Shown here piece after piece: positions 1-9,762 of a stretch of DNA of 64,000 bases (the stretch's first letter is position 1; every line of letters begins with the position of its first letter). Source of the stretch: a virus. The position numbers were made by a program, and so were the translations under genes. The notes beneath the pieces were generated by a model. It was not told where the DNA came from. It worked only from the letters and a program-made list of their open reading frames with translations, and did not search any database. The stretch spans positions 32,158 through 96,157 of the IMG/VR virus record IMGVR_UViG_3300025128_000017. The stretch is one strand, 5' to 3'.

Positions 1-159
1 TCCTGTATATACAATTGAGGGTCAGCATAGTAATCCTCATCTGCATTATGTCGTTCTTTCTCTTGCTTCGCAATCGGTCCAGCAATGGTTTTCAACACCT
101 TCGCTATTCCATCATTCCATTCTTGTTTCATTATTTCTTCTTTCATATTTTTTCCTCCT

Positions 160-1005
160 TTATTCACCTCTCCACATGGAGTAAGTACCATCGTCATCCA
201 CTGTGTATGATGTCAGCCCACTCTCTCCCATGTATGTCATCATGTCACTATGCCTTTCCTTCTCTGCCTCAATCTCAGCCTTGCCTTCCTCAGTCTCACT
301 GTATCTCCAACTCTTTATCATGCTCGTATTCATATCCCAATCGAGCATCGTCTTAGTAATACTTCTCGCTACCTTCAATTGAACCGTGTTCTTGTAGAAG
401 TACTGTCCGTATGGCTCTCTCACTGTGCGAACCTTGTCCCCTCTATCCAGCGTGACTGTCCAGTCAGTGTCGGATATCATCTTGTTCAACAAACCTCTCG
501 CATTCTCTTGTAGTTCTTCAGGTGTAATACTGGCATCATAATTCTTCAGTATAGTCAAGAACTCACGGTATGCAACATAGCCTTCTTCGTTCCAATCATC
601 GTTCTCTTTATGCTTTTCCCACAACGCCTTGATGTCAGGCTCACCAAATCTAGGACCAAGCAGGTATTGCCTGAACAATGCCGCTTCCAATCGTTCTACG
701 TCTTGATACTGAGCCTCCGACTCGAACACAGAATTACACTCATCCTTATCAGGGTGCTGAAAATACTCCGGCATCTTAGAGTAATGATTTGCTTCTGCAT
801 TCAGTACTTCAATCAAAGCATGTACTGCTGCATCCATGTCTGTGTACACATAGGTTTTTTCTCTTTCAACAACTATACCATCGTCACAAAAATCATTGGG
901 GTCTGCTGCCAACTCTTCTTTGGTTCTACTTACTAGCATGAACATTATGTCTATCTCTTCCGTACTACCGTCATCATTCATTATTTCTTCTTTCATTTTT
1001 CTCAC
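160..1005 (-). CDS. Acidic hypothetical protein
   Basis: 281-aa ORF in the co-oriented minus-strand gene run; no recognised motif; true start may be the ATGA overlap near 977-980. Confidence 0.7.
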   Translation of the reverse strand: MRKMKEEIMNDDGSTEEIDIMFMLVSRTKEELAADPNDFCDDGIVVEREKTYVYTDMDAAVHALIEVLNAEANHYSKMPEYFQHPDKDECNSVFESEAQYQDVERLEAALFRQYLLGPRFGEPDIKALWEKHKENDDWNEEGYVAYREFLTILKNYDASITPEELQENARGLLNKMISDTDWTVTLDRGDKVRTVREPYGQYFYKNTVQLKVARSITKTMLDWDMNTSMIKSWRYSETEEGKAEIEAEKERHSDMMTYMGESGLTSYTVDDDGTYSMWRGE

Positions 1006-1243
1006 TCTCTTCTTTTCCTTTTATTATCGCTTCTTGTAGTTGCGGAAGAAGCATCTCCGCTTGTTCTAGTGTAAGCCTTACACCATGTCTTGTATGTTGG
1101 GATTCACCAACGGGTCTTTGGACATTCATGATTCTCAAGTCTATCCATTGCCTGTTGTAGTATTCAATTTGGCTTAGGACAACATGTCCTTTACCATTCT
1201 TCCACTTACCTTCAAATGATACATCTCTCCAAATTTCAGTCAT
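974..1243 (-). CDS. PC4/YdbC-like ssDNA-binding protein
   Basis: QIEYYNRQWIDLR...GESQHTRHGVRLTLEQ matches the PC4/Sub1 pattern (F/Y..G..IDIR...GE...KGI.L..EQ). Confidence 0.7.
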   Translation of the reverse strand: MTEIWRDVSFEGKWKNGKGHVVLSQIEYYNRQWIDLRIMNVQRPVGESQHTRHGVRLTLEQAEMLLPQLQEAIIKGKEESEKNERRNNE

Positions 1244-1244
1244 T

Positions 1245-1598
1245 TCATTCTTCCTCCATCTTAATTAATTTTTTATTCTGTTCTTTTAAATACTGTTCTT
1301 CTTCTAATCTATCTAAAGTAAACAACTTACAACTTTTACATGCAAATATTTTACCTAAATTAGTAATCATTGAAGCACTTTTTGTATTTTCCTCACCACA
1401 ACTAGGACATTTAGAATTATCTTCAGTCATCATATAGACTTCAATTAATTCCATCTCACCTCTAAAGTTGCCCTTGAATGTGCTGTACACAATGTCAATA
1501 GTTTCATCTGAACTATACTTCGCATGACCTGCATCTACCATTATATCATCTACACTCATATGGTTTTTACCTTTCTCTTTCATTTCACTTTCACCCAC
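1245..1598 (-). CDS. Zinc-ribbon protein
   Basis: CPSC...CKSC pair; start uncertain. Confidence 0.6.
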   Translation of the reverse strand: MGESEMKEKGKNHMSVDDIMVDAGHAKYSSDETIDIVYSTFKGNFRGEMELIEVYMMTEDNSKCPSCGEENTKSASMITNLGKIFACKSCKLFTLDRLEEEQYLKEQNKKLIKMEEE

Positions 1599-1849
1599 AC
1601 ATCGACATTAGCCTTTCTGTTAATACCATATCTTGAACTATGTAATTTTATTGTATCATCTACTCTAAACTCACTACTTCTTCTTAATATGTGACTAATT
1701 TTAAATTTATTAATTGAATGATTGCTAAGTCTTAACAACTTACCATTCTTCAATGTCGCACCTTCAAAAATTTCTAACACCGTACATGGTGTGTGTTCAT
1801 TCGCATATTTCATTATCGCTTCTTCAGCCCTAGCACATATTTTCTTCAT
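1580..1849 (-). CDS. Small basic hypothetical protein (possible winged helix)
   Basis: ATGA-coupled to upstream gene; basic helix/strand pattern. Confidence 0.55.
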   Translation of the reverse strand: MKKICARAEEAIMKYANEHTPCTVLEIFEGATLKNGKLLRLSNHSINKFKISHILRRSSEFRVDDTIKLHSSRYGINRKANVDVWVKVK

Positions 1850-2346
1850 TCATTTTTCCTCCTTTCTATAATTTCTTTATATTTATCATGTTTAAACTTC
1901 ACTTTGCCACCCTTATGTAGAACTAATTCATCTAAGATACCATCAAACATTTCAGATACATGATTTTCTAATCTCAATTGACGTGTATTCAATATTGATA
2001 AACTTCTCATATATTTCTCACGTTCTTTCTTAACACCTTTCTTAATATGTTTTTCAATGTCTTTTTTCAAATTATCTGAAACAATTTTGATGGTTTGCGT
2101 TATAGCATCATCAGGAACAATAGAATGAACTACGTGTTTTAACTTTTCAAATTCTTCACGCATAAATTCCATATCTAATTCTTCATTGTCCTTTAATACT
2201 TTAGGTGGTTTAAGATAGACATTATTCTTTTTCCTACTGTCTCCTCCAACTCCCTTTTTACATTTGAAACAAAGACCACCCACTGCCTTCATGGAAAACT
2301 TTCTAAATTGTGTACCACATTTAGTACATGTTGCAAACATACTCAT
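1846..2346 (-). CDS. Zn-finger plus coiled-coil protein
   Basis: N-terminal CTKC...CFKC, lysine-rich helical C-terminus. Confidence 0.65.
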   Translation of the reverse strand: MSMFATCTKCGTQFRKFSMKAVGGLCFKCKKGVGGDSRKKNNVYLKPPKVLKDNEELDMEFMREEFEKLKHVVHSIVPDDAITQTIKIVSDNLKKDIEKHIKKGVKKEREKYMRSLSILNTRQLRLENHVSEMFDGILDELVLHKGGKVKFKHDKYKEIIERRKNE

Positions 2347-2483
2347 ATGCTATCCCTCGAACGACTATCATCTTCGTGTACAATTTCTACTGCATCGTAT
2401 TCATTTATATCTTCTAGGGGAATCCATAGTTTCTTTTCGCCCGTTACCTTATGTTTCCACTGATGTGTTTGTCTTCGCCTCAT
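2343..2483 (-). CDS. Small hypothetical protein (46 aa, below ORF-track cutoff)
   Basis: MRRRQTHQWKHK...DSI; ATGA overlaps with both neighbours. Confidence 0.55.
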   Translation of the reverse strand: MRRRQTHQWKHKVTGEKKLWIPLEDINEYDAVEIVHEDDSRSRDSI

Positions 2484-3001
2484 GCGAACCACGCTCCATA
2501 GCCTGTATTGTGTTCACCAAAATCTAAGTTTTCCATAACGCTCGCAGGTAAACTTTCATACGCAGGTGGTAACGTTAACACATCTTCCATGTCCCATAAC
2601 CCTAGTAATGCACCATCGTATGCTATACGTAACAAGTGGGGTGTAGATTTATTAATTCTTAACAAAGGTATAACCCCTCTGTTGACGATATACATTCTAG
2701 CAGGTTCTGTATACATTGAGAAATCAAAAGCAGTCATAAAAGATAACGGTACATCCCACGCTTCTGCTAGTTCTTCACACAACAACAACCGAGTCATACC
2801 ATCTTCAATAGATAAGGCTGAATGGATTTCTAACCATCCAGTATGTGCAATACCAGTATCTTCTACTTTTGATACTACTTTGGTGAACAGTCTTCGCCTA
2901 GCCTCAACATGGTCTGCTACAATGGGGGGTATCAACAATTGCTTACCTATCTTCTCATTAAGTTCATCCAATGTTTTTTGTATTTGTTTTAATAATATCA
3001 T
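2480..3001 (-). CDS. Hypothetical protein
   Basis: Start moved to MILLK (GGAGGTGG RBS, ATGA overlap with upstream stop). Confidence 0.7.
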   Translation of the reverse strand: MILLKQIQKTLDELNEKIGKQLLIPPIVADHVEARRRLFTKVVSKVEDTGIAHTGWLEIHSALSIEDGMTRLLLCEELAEAWDVPLSFMTAFDFSMYTEPARMYIVNRGVIPLLRINKSTPHLLRIAYDGALLGLWDMEDVLTLPPAYESLPASVMENLDFGEHNTGYGAWFA

Positions 3002-3285
3002 ACTTCCACCTCCAAACATGCTCTCAACTTACCTTGCATATTTGGTAATAACTTTTTCAATTCCGCAATGAACTCTTCAACATAACCTCCACCCCAATAG
3101 TAATCACAATGTTTCAAAAGTCGTATGGTATCTTTCAGAAATTTAGGGTTAACCTTGCCACCCATATCAACGGAAGTTAAAAACTCATCGTGTACTATGT
3201 TTGCCATTCTCTTAGGTGTACCATCGTTGGCCGTTAGTTGTAATAACATGAACTTCATTTCTTTTGACAATCTTATCTCGTTCAT
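2998..3285 (-). CDS. Hypothetical protein
   Basis: 95 aa, ATGA coupling, GGGTGA RBS. Confidence 0.65.
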   Translation of the reverse strand: MNEIRLSKEMKFMLLQLTANDGTPKRMANIVHDEFLTSVDMGGKVNPKFLKDTIRLLKHCDYYWGGGYVEEFIAELKKLLPNMQGKLRACLEVEV

Positions 3286-3428
3286 ACTGTCACCCTCGTT
3301 TCTTCTTCACATACATTACAGAAGGGATGTTCCTCACAGTCATCTGTAATCTCCATATCTTGATTCACCCACATCTTGAACTCCAAATCAGTAGAGCCAC
3401 AGTGTTTGCATTCAAACTTGTATGTCAT
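3282..3428 (-). CDS. Small Zn-ribbon protein (48 aa, below track cutoff)
   Basis: MTYKFECKHC...PFCNVCEEETRVTV; ATGA overlaps on both sides. Confidence 0.6.
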   Translation of the reverse strand: MTYKFECKHCGSTDLEFKMWVNQDMEITDDCEEHPFCNVCEEETRVTV

Positions 3429-3946
3429 GCTGTCACCCCCGTCCACCAGTCAGGCGGGCTTGTGTGTCTGTAATGCACACCACCTTTACTGTGTATCTTG
3501 CTGTGATAATAGGCACGATAGGCTTTGACTGCATCATCATCTTTGTACTCATCAGGCATAGCCTGAGCGAATGGTGTCAGTCTGTCTCTATTGAGATGGC
3601 TGAACCCATCAACGTGCATGGCATTCATGTAACAGATAGCATCCTCACAAGCATGTTCTTTGCCGAACCTGTGTCTGTACTCAACACACAGTGCTATCCC
3701 ATGTGATGTCAACCAGTCGAAGTTCTTCCATGAGTCACCAGCCCACACAGTGCATGGGTGATATTTGTACGCACCCTTGTATGGTGTGCCACTCTTGGTC
3801 AATGGCATACGCTCATCTGTGACACCATGCCTACGTAGGGCTGATGCCATCATCTGTGCTGTCTCAACAATCATTTTCGGCACTCTCACACAATCCATCG
3901 CCTGTGCTGCCCTAATTGGGTTTTCGTCTAATACAAATATATTCAT
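3425..3946 (-). CDS. Pyrimidine-dimer DNA glycosylase/endonuclease V-like protein
   Basis: MNIFVLD...KMIVETAQM...HPCTVW...EY..RFGK.H...QAMPDEYK...AYRAYY motifs typical of this viral family. Confidence 0.75.
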   Translation of the reverse strand: MNIFVLDENPIRAAQAMDCVRVPKMIVETAQMMASALRRHGVTDERMPLTKSGTPYKGAYKYHPCTVWAGDSWKNFDWLTSHGIALCVEYRHRFGKEHACEDAICYMNAMHVDGFSHLNRDRLTPFAQAMPDEYKDDDAVKAYRAYYHSKIHSKGGVHYRHTSPPDWWTGVTA

Positions 3947-4230
3947 TTACTCTTCCTCCTCACAAACTTCAACTGTAAAACCACATCCTACACATTCTCC
4001 ATATTGTAAAATCCATTGAAAATAAGTATCACAGTTTGAACATTTTAATAACATTACTCTTCCTCCGCAAAGATACCTGTTGCTTTTTCATAAACAGTAT
4101 AGATGTCGTTATCGGGATAGAGGTGTCTATGTGTTTCTTCTAACCACACAACATATTGAAGGTCTTCTATAAATCTTTTCTCCAATGAGTTAAGTAAATT
4201 TCTTAGTTGTTTTATTGTTCTTGTTGGCAT

Positions 4231-4713
4231 TTATTCTTCCTCCTTACGTACTGCTAATACAATACTTTTGATGTCGCTTATTATTGATGAAACATCTTCA
4301 ATAGATACGAAATTACCGTACACTTGAGCCGCTAACTCTGACATATCTATTTCTGCTGCTACTTCTGCTGAACCAAATTGTGCGTCTACGTCTATCAACT
4401 TCGCTAACTTATCGTAATCAATATCTAATTCATACGCAATGTCGCTACTATTGACATGAGAAGCAACATCTTGTACATCTATCTTGTCTGCTAAGGTGTA
4501 GTAATCGACTTCCATGTGGTCAGCAATCTCACTCTCATTCATTCCACCAGCAATATCAGCAGGGTCAATAGACAGTGCTTCTGCTAATTTATCATAGTCA
4601 ATATCTATCTCATGTGCTATTTCATAGACCACATCTTCAAGTTTATCAATTGGTTCACTCATCTTTTTCATTATTCTTTCATCTATCTTTTTATTTATCC
4701 ATTTCATTATCAT
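4231..4713 (-). CDS. Acidic helical-repeat protein
   Basis: About 9 repeats of 9-11 aa, e.g. IDYDKLA twice, DVQDVASHV, DMSELAAQV. Confidence 0.7.
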   Translation of the reverse strand: MIMKWINKKIDERIMKKMSEPIDKLEDVVYEIAHEIDIDYDKLAEALSIDPADIAGGMNESEIADHMEVDYYTLADKIDVQDVASHVNSSDIAYELDIDYDKLAKLIDVDAQFGSAEVAAEIDMSELAAQVYGNFVSIEDVSSIISDIKSIVLAVRKEEE

Positions 4714-4813
4714 TCTTTTTCATCTCCTTTCTTTACTCTATATTTACCTGCTAGGTAATGTTTATGTCTTGCTTTAAACTTACTAAAATATCTTACTTTT
4801 ACTGCTGTTTTCA

Positions 4814-5362
4814 TTAGTTCATCTCCTTAAACTTATCTGTTTCGTTACCCCAAATTTCCCAACCAGTTCTATTTTCCCTACTGAAAACATCTATCTTCTT
4901 AGAATTAGGATATAATTTATCTATCATTTCATAGGCATAGTTTGGTTTTCTGCTATGTTGTCTTGATTTTTCTTCAAACACTGTTAGTAATTTTCCTCTC
5001 ATATTTTCTGCTATCTTAATCATTTTTGGTTTGTAATACCAAATTAAATATTCATGAGAATATCTAACTGTAAATGCAGGTGCTACACCATTTAATTTAT
5101 TCCAAATAAATATGCAGTGTTTCTTATAACCTCTCTCAAACATATAGTCGTCAACTACTGTAATATATTTATCAATACACCACATAAAAACAGTATTAGT
5201 TTCATTTGCTTTGGGAAATATCTCTTTATCTAGCAACGCAAAAATATCCTCTATTTCCATAGTCACATAATCTAACTTTCTAGTTTGGTTCGGTCTAGTT
5301 TTTCTTAACCCGCCCTTACGTTTCTTCCACGGTGGGTCAATCATCAGAATATCATACTTCAT
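4814..5362 (-). CDS. MT-A70 family N6-adenine methyltransferase
   Basis: DPPW catalytic motif, FMW, IWNK, HSRKP, FSR..R.GW..WGNE. Confidence 0.9.
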   Translation of the reverse strand: MKYDILMIDPPWKKRKGGLRKTRPNQTRKLDYVTMEIEDIFALLDKEIFPKANETNTVFMWCIDKYITVVDDYMFERGYKKHCIFIWNKLNGVAPAFTVRYSHEYLIWYYKPKMIKIAENMRGKLLTVFEEKSRQHSRKPNYAYEMIDKLYPNSKKIDVFSRENRTGWEIWGNETDKFKEMN

Positions 5363-5697
5363 TCTTTCACCTCACAATAGTCTCCTATTTTTCTTTCAAT
5401 CAATTCCTTTACAATGACCCTATCAACATGGGGATAATCTTCCTCAAGTATCTCCCATATCGCAATCAATTCATCAGCCATTGGCTGCAACTGCTTGACT
5501 TCTGCTAGGAGAAGTGGTGCGTCTGCTATGAGTTGTGCATTGGGATGGTCGTTGTCAGTGAAGTAAGATGTCTCAGTCACCAACACCCCGTTTGCATCTA
5601 CAATGTCAAGGTGAGAGCCTTCATCATCGTATGGCTGTCCTTCGGCAGTTCGCCACGGTGCTTCGTTATGTCCTTCGTATTTGTCTGTGTCAATCAT
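5359..5697 (-). CDS. Viral protein of the H.x.PW...NA.LIA.AP.LL family
   Basis: HNEAPW...NAQLIADAPLLLAEVKQL. Confidence 0.6.
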   Translation of the reverse strand: MIDTDKYEGHNEAPWRTAEGQPYDDEGSHLDIVDANGVLVTETSYFTDNDHPNAQLIADAPLLLAEVKQLQPMADELIAIWEILEEDYPHVDRVIVKELIERKIGDYCEVKE

Positions 5698-6107
5698 TCC
5701 TCTTCACTTCCCGCTGGTGTATATCTTCCGCCTATGATATTAATTACTAAGTTCGCTTCTTCAGCAAACCGAATCATTCTTTGTATCTCTTGGTCTAAAG
5801 GTTGTAAGTCAAGCATAGCACCTTCAGGATGATTCGCTTCACTACCTTTAATGAACATCTGATATGAACCATCTGCATACTTGAGTACATCAAATGGTAT
5901 ATACATCAATTCACCTGAAGCAGCCGACTTAAGTATCGCTGGTTGTTCTCTTAACCACAAAGAAACATCGTCAGCAGTACGCATCTTCAAAGCGATACCA
6001 TACTTCCGACCATGTTTAACAGTAGCACTAACACCTTGTATGTGTAGTCTACCTATATCATAGTTACATTTCACTTGCATTCTTTCTTCTTCTTGTTCAT
6101 TCATCAT
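5694..6107 (-). CDS. Hypothetical protein
   Basis: 137 aa; GAGGT RBS; first gene after a promoter copy. Confidence 0.65.
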   Translation of the reverse strand: MMNEQEEERMQVKCNYDIGRLHIQGVSATVKHGRKYGIALKMRTADDVSLWLREQPAILKSAASGELMYIPFDVLKYADGSYQMFIKGSEANHPEGAMLDLQPLDQEIQRMIRFAEEANLVINIIGGRYTPAGSEEE

Positions 6108-6135
6108 TTTTATTACCTCTTTTTATTATTTTAAT

Positions 6136-6153
6136 CTGTTCTTTTATATACTG
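6136..6153 (-). promoter_or_regulatory. Early promoter copy CAGTATATAAAAGAACAG
   Basis: Same core as copies at 12.4, 17.8, 19.6 and 21.0 kb; here followed by a leader with RBS (43 nt TATA to ATG). Confidence 0.8.
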
Positions 6154-6157
6154 TTTT

Positions 6158-7381
6158 TTAAATCCAATCATCCAAACTCCCCTTATCTAAACCTACATCT
6201 TTGTCACGTTCGACAAATTCATCAAAAGTCATTAATTTTTTATCACTAGGTATCACAACCTCTTTTGAACATACAAGATGTTCTTCAAAGTGTAAGAATA
6301 CAAGTGGTCTAACTCTACCGGATATGTCACACTTGTACTGTCTATCTTCCCATCTTTTTCCACCATTTTTTATTCGTAAGTTTTTAGAATTACTACCGTA
6401 CTTGTTTAATTTTATCAGATGTAGTTTACTAATTTCATTGTACGTTTCTAATGGATGGAACATCTCACCAGTTTCTTCACACTTCACTTCACAGTAATCT
6501 TCATAGTTCTCATCATCCAAAGTCATTTCACCTAACCCATACACCATATCTGTGCTACCACATATAGTACAAGGCAACTTAGCATTTGATTTCTTATCAG
6601 TTCTGAACTCGTACTGACCGCAAACATCACACCAGTATAAGACATAACCTTTGATATGAGTGTTAGGTATTGTCTTATGCTTACTTTTCTTGCTAGTAAA
6701 ATAATTCTTACCTACCTGCTTCTTCTTACTTTTCTTCTTACTATTCCTTTCTAACTCAAACTCAAGTTCATCAGGGTCAAATGCTTTTGATGGTGAACTC
6801 CAATCAAATACGGATGCTGAACTAGACAATGTTTGTACCTTATCTTCACCGTGTGGTATTTGACATACTGTGGCTATATATTCTTGTTGTGACTGGGCTT
6901 CTACTGCATGGCTACAATAACTGTCTCGTACCCACTGTATCAACTCACCTGCATCTTTCCATGTTTGATTCTTCTTCTCAATCATAAGGTGGGCTAAGAT
7001 AGCCAACTGAACACCAGTACGACCATGACCACCCATACATTGACAAGAGATAGATTTGATACCCTTGGTCTTTATATCAGCAACAAGTGATACCCAAAAC
7101 TCTCTACCTACATTACTAGGTATGCTGAAGTCAGGCCACTCTAATTCAATAATGTGTGGTGTATCAATTGCTTGTACATGATTAACACAAGTAAATCCGT
7201 CTGGTATAACATCAAACTTACGTGCTGTCCTGATAACACCTTGTGGACCAATGGCTAAATCAGGCCGTGGCTTCATTTGCATCCAACCACCATTACGTGT
7301 ATTACCACCAGCGTATATTCTAATACCATCACTTGTTTCAAACACTAAAGGATTACCTGTGTGACAATTTACTTTACTCAT
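6158..7381 (-). CDS. PTP/dual-specificity-type (Cx5R) phosphatase with C-terminal Zn-ribbon region
   Basis: WPD loop (WPDFSIP), CMGGHGRTG P-loop, AVE..SQ Q-loop; CDVC...CTIC. Confidence 0.85.
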   Translation of the reverse strand: MSKVNCHTGNPLVFETSDGIRIYAGGNTRNGGWMQMKPRPDLAIGPQGVIRTARKFDVIPDGFTCVNHVQAIDTPHIIELEWPDFSIPSNVGREFWVSLVADIKTKGIKSISCQCMGGHGRTGVQLAILAHLMIEKKNQTWKDAGELIQWVRDSYCSHAVEAQSQQEYIATVCQIPHGEDKVQTLSSSASVFDWSSPSKAFDPDELEFELERNSKKKSKKKQVGKNYFTSKKSKHKTIPNTHIKGYVLYWCDVCGQYEFRTDKKSNAKLPCTICGSTDMVYGLGEMTLDDENYEDYCEVKCEETGEMFHPLETYNEISKLHLIKLNKYGSNSKNLRIKNGGKRWEDRQYKCDISGRVRPLVFLHFEEHLVCSKEVVIPSDKKLMTFDEFVERDKDVGLDKGSLDDWI

Positions 7382-9762
7382 TCTAAAACACCTCCTGACA
7401 ATATTCTTGTCACTTGATTAGACCAGTCAACATTAGTGGTAATCATTTTCTTAAGATATTTCTTAAGCATGGCTGATAATGTTTTATACATCGGGTCTGA
7501 TTTAGTGAGACCATTCCAAGCATCAACAAATATTTGTGGCTCAATATCATTGTACTGTTTCTGTTTTATTAGTTGAGCAACACCGTATGCTTGTGGACTA
7601 GACTTGTCATGCTTCAATGCAAAGAATGCCGAAGGTGCGTCTTCTGTAAGTAACATGCTAGTAAACTCATTCCCTATTTCAAGAGACACATTGATTATAT
7701 TTTTATCCATACATGTTTCACAATCTTCATTACCACAAGGTATGAACATATCATCGTTCAAAGTATACTTAGTGTTGTGATGTAACCACTTACTTCCCAA
7801 CGAAAGAGCAGCACTACGTATAGAAGGTTGCATATGTTTAGATGTTATCCAAACTTCCCTGTAATGTGATGGCTTTCTATGCTTTGCTGTATAACTAAAC
7901 AAGGCCAACCAATCATTTTCAGGTTTGGTCGCCACAAATGTTTGCTCAATAAATGTACGTGTCACCTCGTAAGTTTTGAACATTCTACAAAGTGCTTTAT
8001 CTTCATGTCCAAAGTAACCTGTTGTGTCATCTGCATCGTTTAAGGTAGCATAATCAAATGCTGAACCCTCAAGGAACTTATTGTATAAACTACCATTGTT
8101 GTGTGCAAAGTTCTCAGCCATATTGGTATGTTTAACTACATTTTTGATATGAACTTCATCTTGACACGCCAAGAACTTGCGAATAGATTTAGCCAATTCA
8201 GCAGCACCGAATGCACAATCAGCCCATGCTTTACCACCAAATGCACCCGACCAACCTGTTTTGAATTGTTGACCACACCAATTTAACGCTAGTTCCATTT
8301 CTTCATAAGTTAAATCAAAACTTTCCATAGCAAGATAGTAATGTTTACGTTGCTTACTAGGTGTACTTTCATGATTTAGTTCAATCAGTTTTTTAGTACC
8401 TATTGCCGATACAAGCACTGGGGCAAACTCAATCGACATATCTTTCTTCATACCGAAACCATGTCTTAACTCACCAAGACATAAACCAACAGCGGCCTTA
8501 ACTAACCAACCTGAGAAAGCACCTGCTAACATCGAGTTATGTTTAGGATTCATGTTATGACCTGACAACCATTGGTGGAAATAATGTGCAAACCAACCTT
8601 GTTGTCTACGCCACTGTGTTCTACTTCGTTCTAAGCCATTAGCAAAAGCAGTAATATCATCAGATAGATATGGATTGTATGGGTTAGGGTCAATTGGAAG
8701 TCCTTCTTCTTTAGCAACATGTGTAGGGCTACCTTCTACCCACACATCACCAACAGATACATCAGCCACAATGTAAGGTATGTCATGTGCCCTACAATGT
8801 GCATAGACGTGACTACCTAATGAACCATTAGGGTGAGATATAACGAAGTCTTCAGGCATCTTGTCCTTAGTAATGTTGGCCTCTAACCACGCTAGTTCTT
8901 CCAAACCTTCTGTCTTCCATACGTGCTTGACTTCTATCTTACCAACACCATTAGGTACTGCACCCATTTCCATAGAAAGAGTTTCAACTGTTACACCATC
9001 AATTAATCTATTGTATACGAAAGGTGGACCACGAACTGTATGTGCTTCACTACCTCTTAATTGTGTAAATTTAGTTGAACCGTGTGCAAATTTTTCAGTT
9101 AAGTAGTTCATGTCTTTTTCATATACATATTCTAATTCGTATGTGTTTGGCTGATGACCTATTTCCTGAAAATGTTCAGCACAAGTCTTATCGTTTGGAT
9201 TAACTAAGTAACACAAGGTTACACCATCTTTACCAGCAGTAATACCATCATGGTCACGACCAATCCAAGCATAGACATTTGGTGCTAAAACCATACTAGA
9301 TGAAGCAGGGACAAAAGGTTGTAATATCATACAACCATTAGGGTCTGCTTCTTTCATAGTGGTACGTAGTCTACTCCATGAGTCTTCTAAATTATCGATT
9401 GTTACTTCAATAGATTCTAACACACCGTGTCTAGCAAATTCAGGACATGCTCTGAGGAAAGCAACATCGCTACCTATTCTATTAAAAGCACTAAGTACAA
9501 CATCGTATTCATCATCTAATAAGATTAATTCAGTATGTGGTACTTTGTATTTACCTTTACCTGACTTCACTACTTTTATGTAATTCAAAAAGGATTTAGC
9601 CTTCTGTGACTTGACCATAAAAACACGTTCATTGGTAGTAGTTTCTTGTAAAGTCCTACCTGTGTTTTTATCATCTGTCACTACTTCGTTTACTTCTTCA
9701 ACAAGTTGTTTGAACATATCTTCAAAATTCATTTCATCATATTGTTTTTCCATTTCATTCAC
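7378..9762 (-). CDS. PEP-utiliser-type phosphotransferase (ATP-grasp-like + phospho-His swivel + unknown C-terminal domain)
   Basis: GSLGSHVYAHCRAHDIPYIV resembles the GGxxSHxAxxxRxxxIP swivel signature; RACP, LQPFV, ELEY and TQLR resemble ATP-grasp elements. Confidence 0.7.
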   Translation of the reverse strand: MNEMEKQYDEMNFEDMFKQLVEEVNEVVTDDKNTGRTLQETTTNERVFMVKSQKAKSFLNYIKVVKSGKGKYKVPHTELILLDDEYDVVLSAFNRIGSDVAFLRACPEFARHGVLESIEVTIDNLEDSWSRLRTTMKEADPNGCMILQPFVPASSSMVLAPNVYAWIGRDHDGITAGKDGVTLCYLVNPNDKTCAEHFQEIGHQPNTYELEYVYEKDMNYLTEKFAHGSTKFTQLRGSEAHTVRGPPFVYNRLIDGVTVETLSMEMGAVPNGVGKIEVKHVWKTEGLEELAWLEANITKDKMPEDFVISHPNGSLGSHVYAHCRAHDIPYIVADVSVGDVWVEGSPTHVAKEEGLPIDPNPYNPYLSDDITAFANGLERSRTQWRRQQGWFAHYFHQWLSGHNMNPKHNSMLAGAFSGWLVKAAVGLCLGELRHGFGMKKDMSIEFAPVLVSAIGTKKLIELNHESTPSKQRKHYYLAMESFDLTYEEMELALNWCGQQFKTGWSGAFGGKAWADCAFGAAELAKSIRKFLACQDEVHIKNVVKHTNMAENFAHNNGSLYNKFLEGSAFDYATLNDADDTTGYFGHEDKALCRMFKTYEVTRTFIEQTFVATKPENDWLALFSYTAKHRKPSHYREVWITSKHMQPSIRSAALSLGSKWLHHNTKYTLNDDMFIPCGNEDCETCMDKNIINVSLEIGNEFTSMLLTEDAPSAFFALKHDKSSPQAYGVAQLIKQKQYNDIEPQIFVDAWNGLTKSDPMYKTLSAMLKKYLKKMITTNVDWSNQVTRILSGGVLE

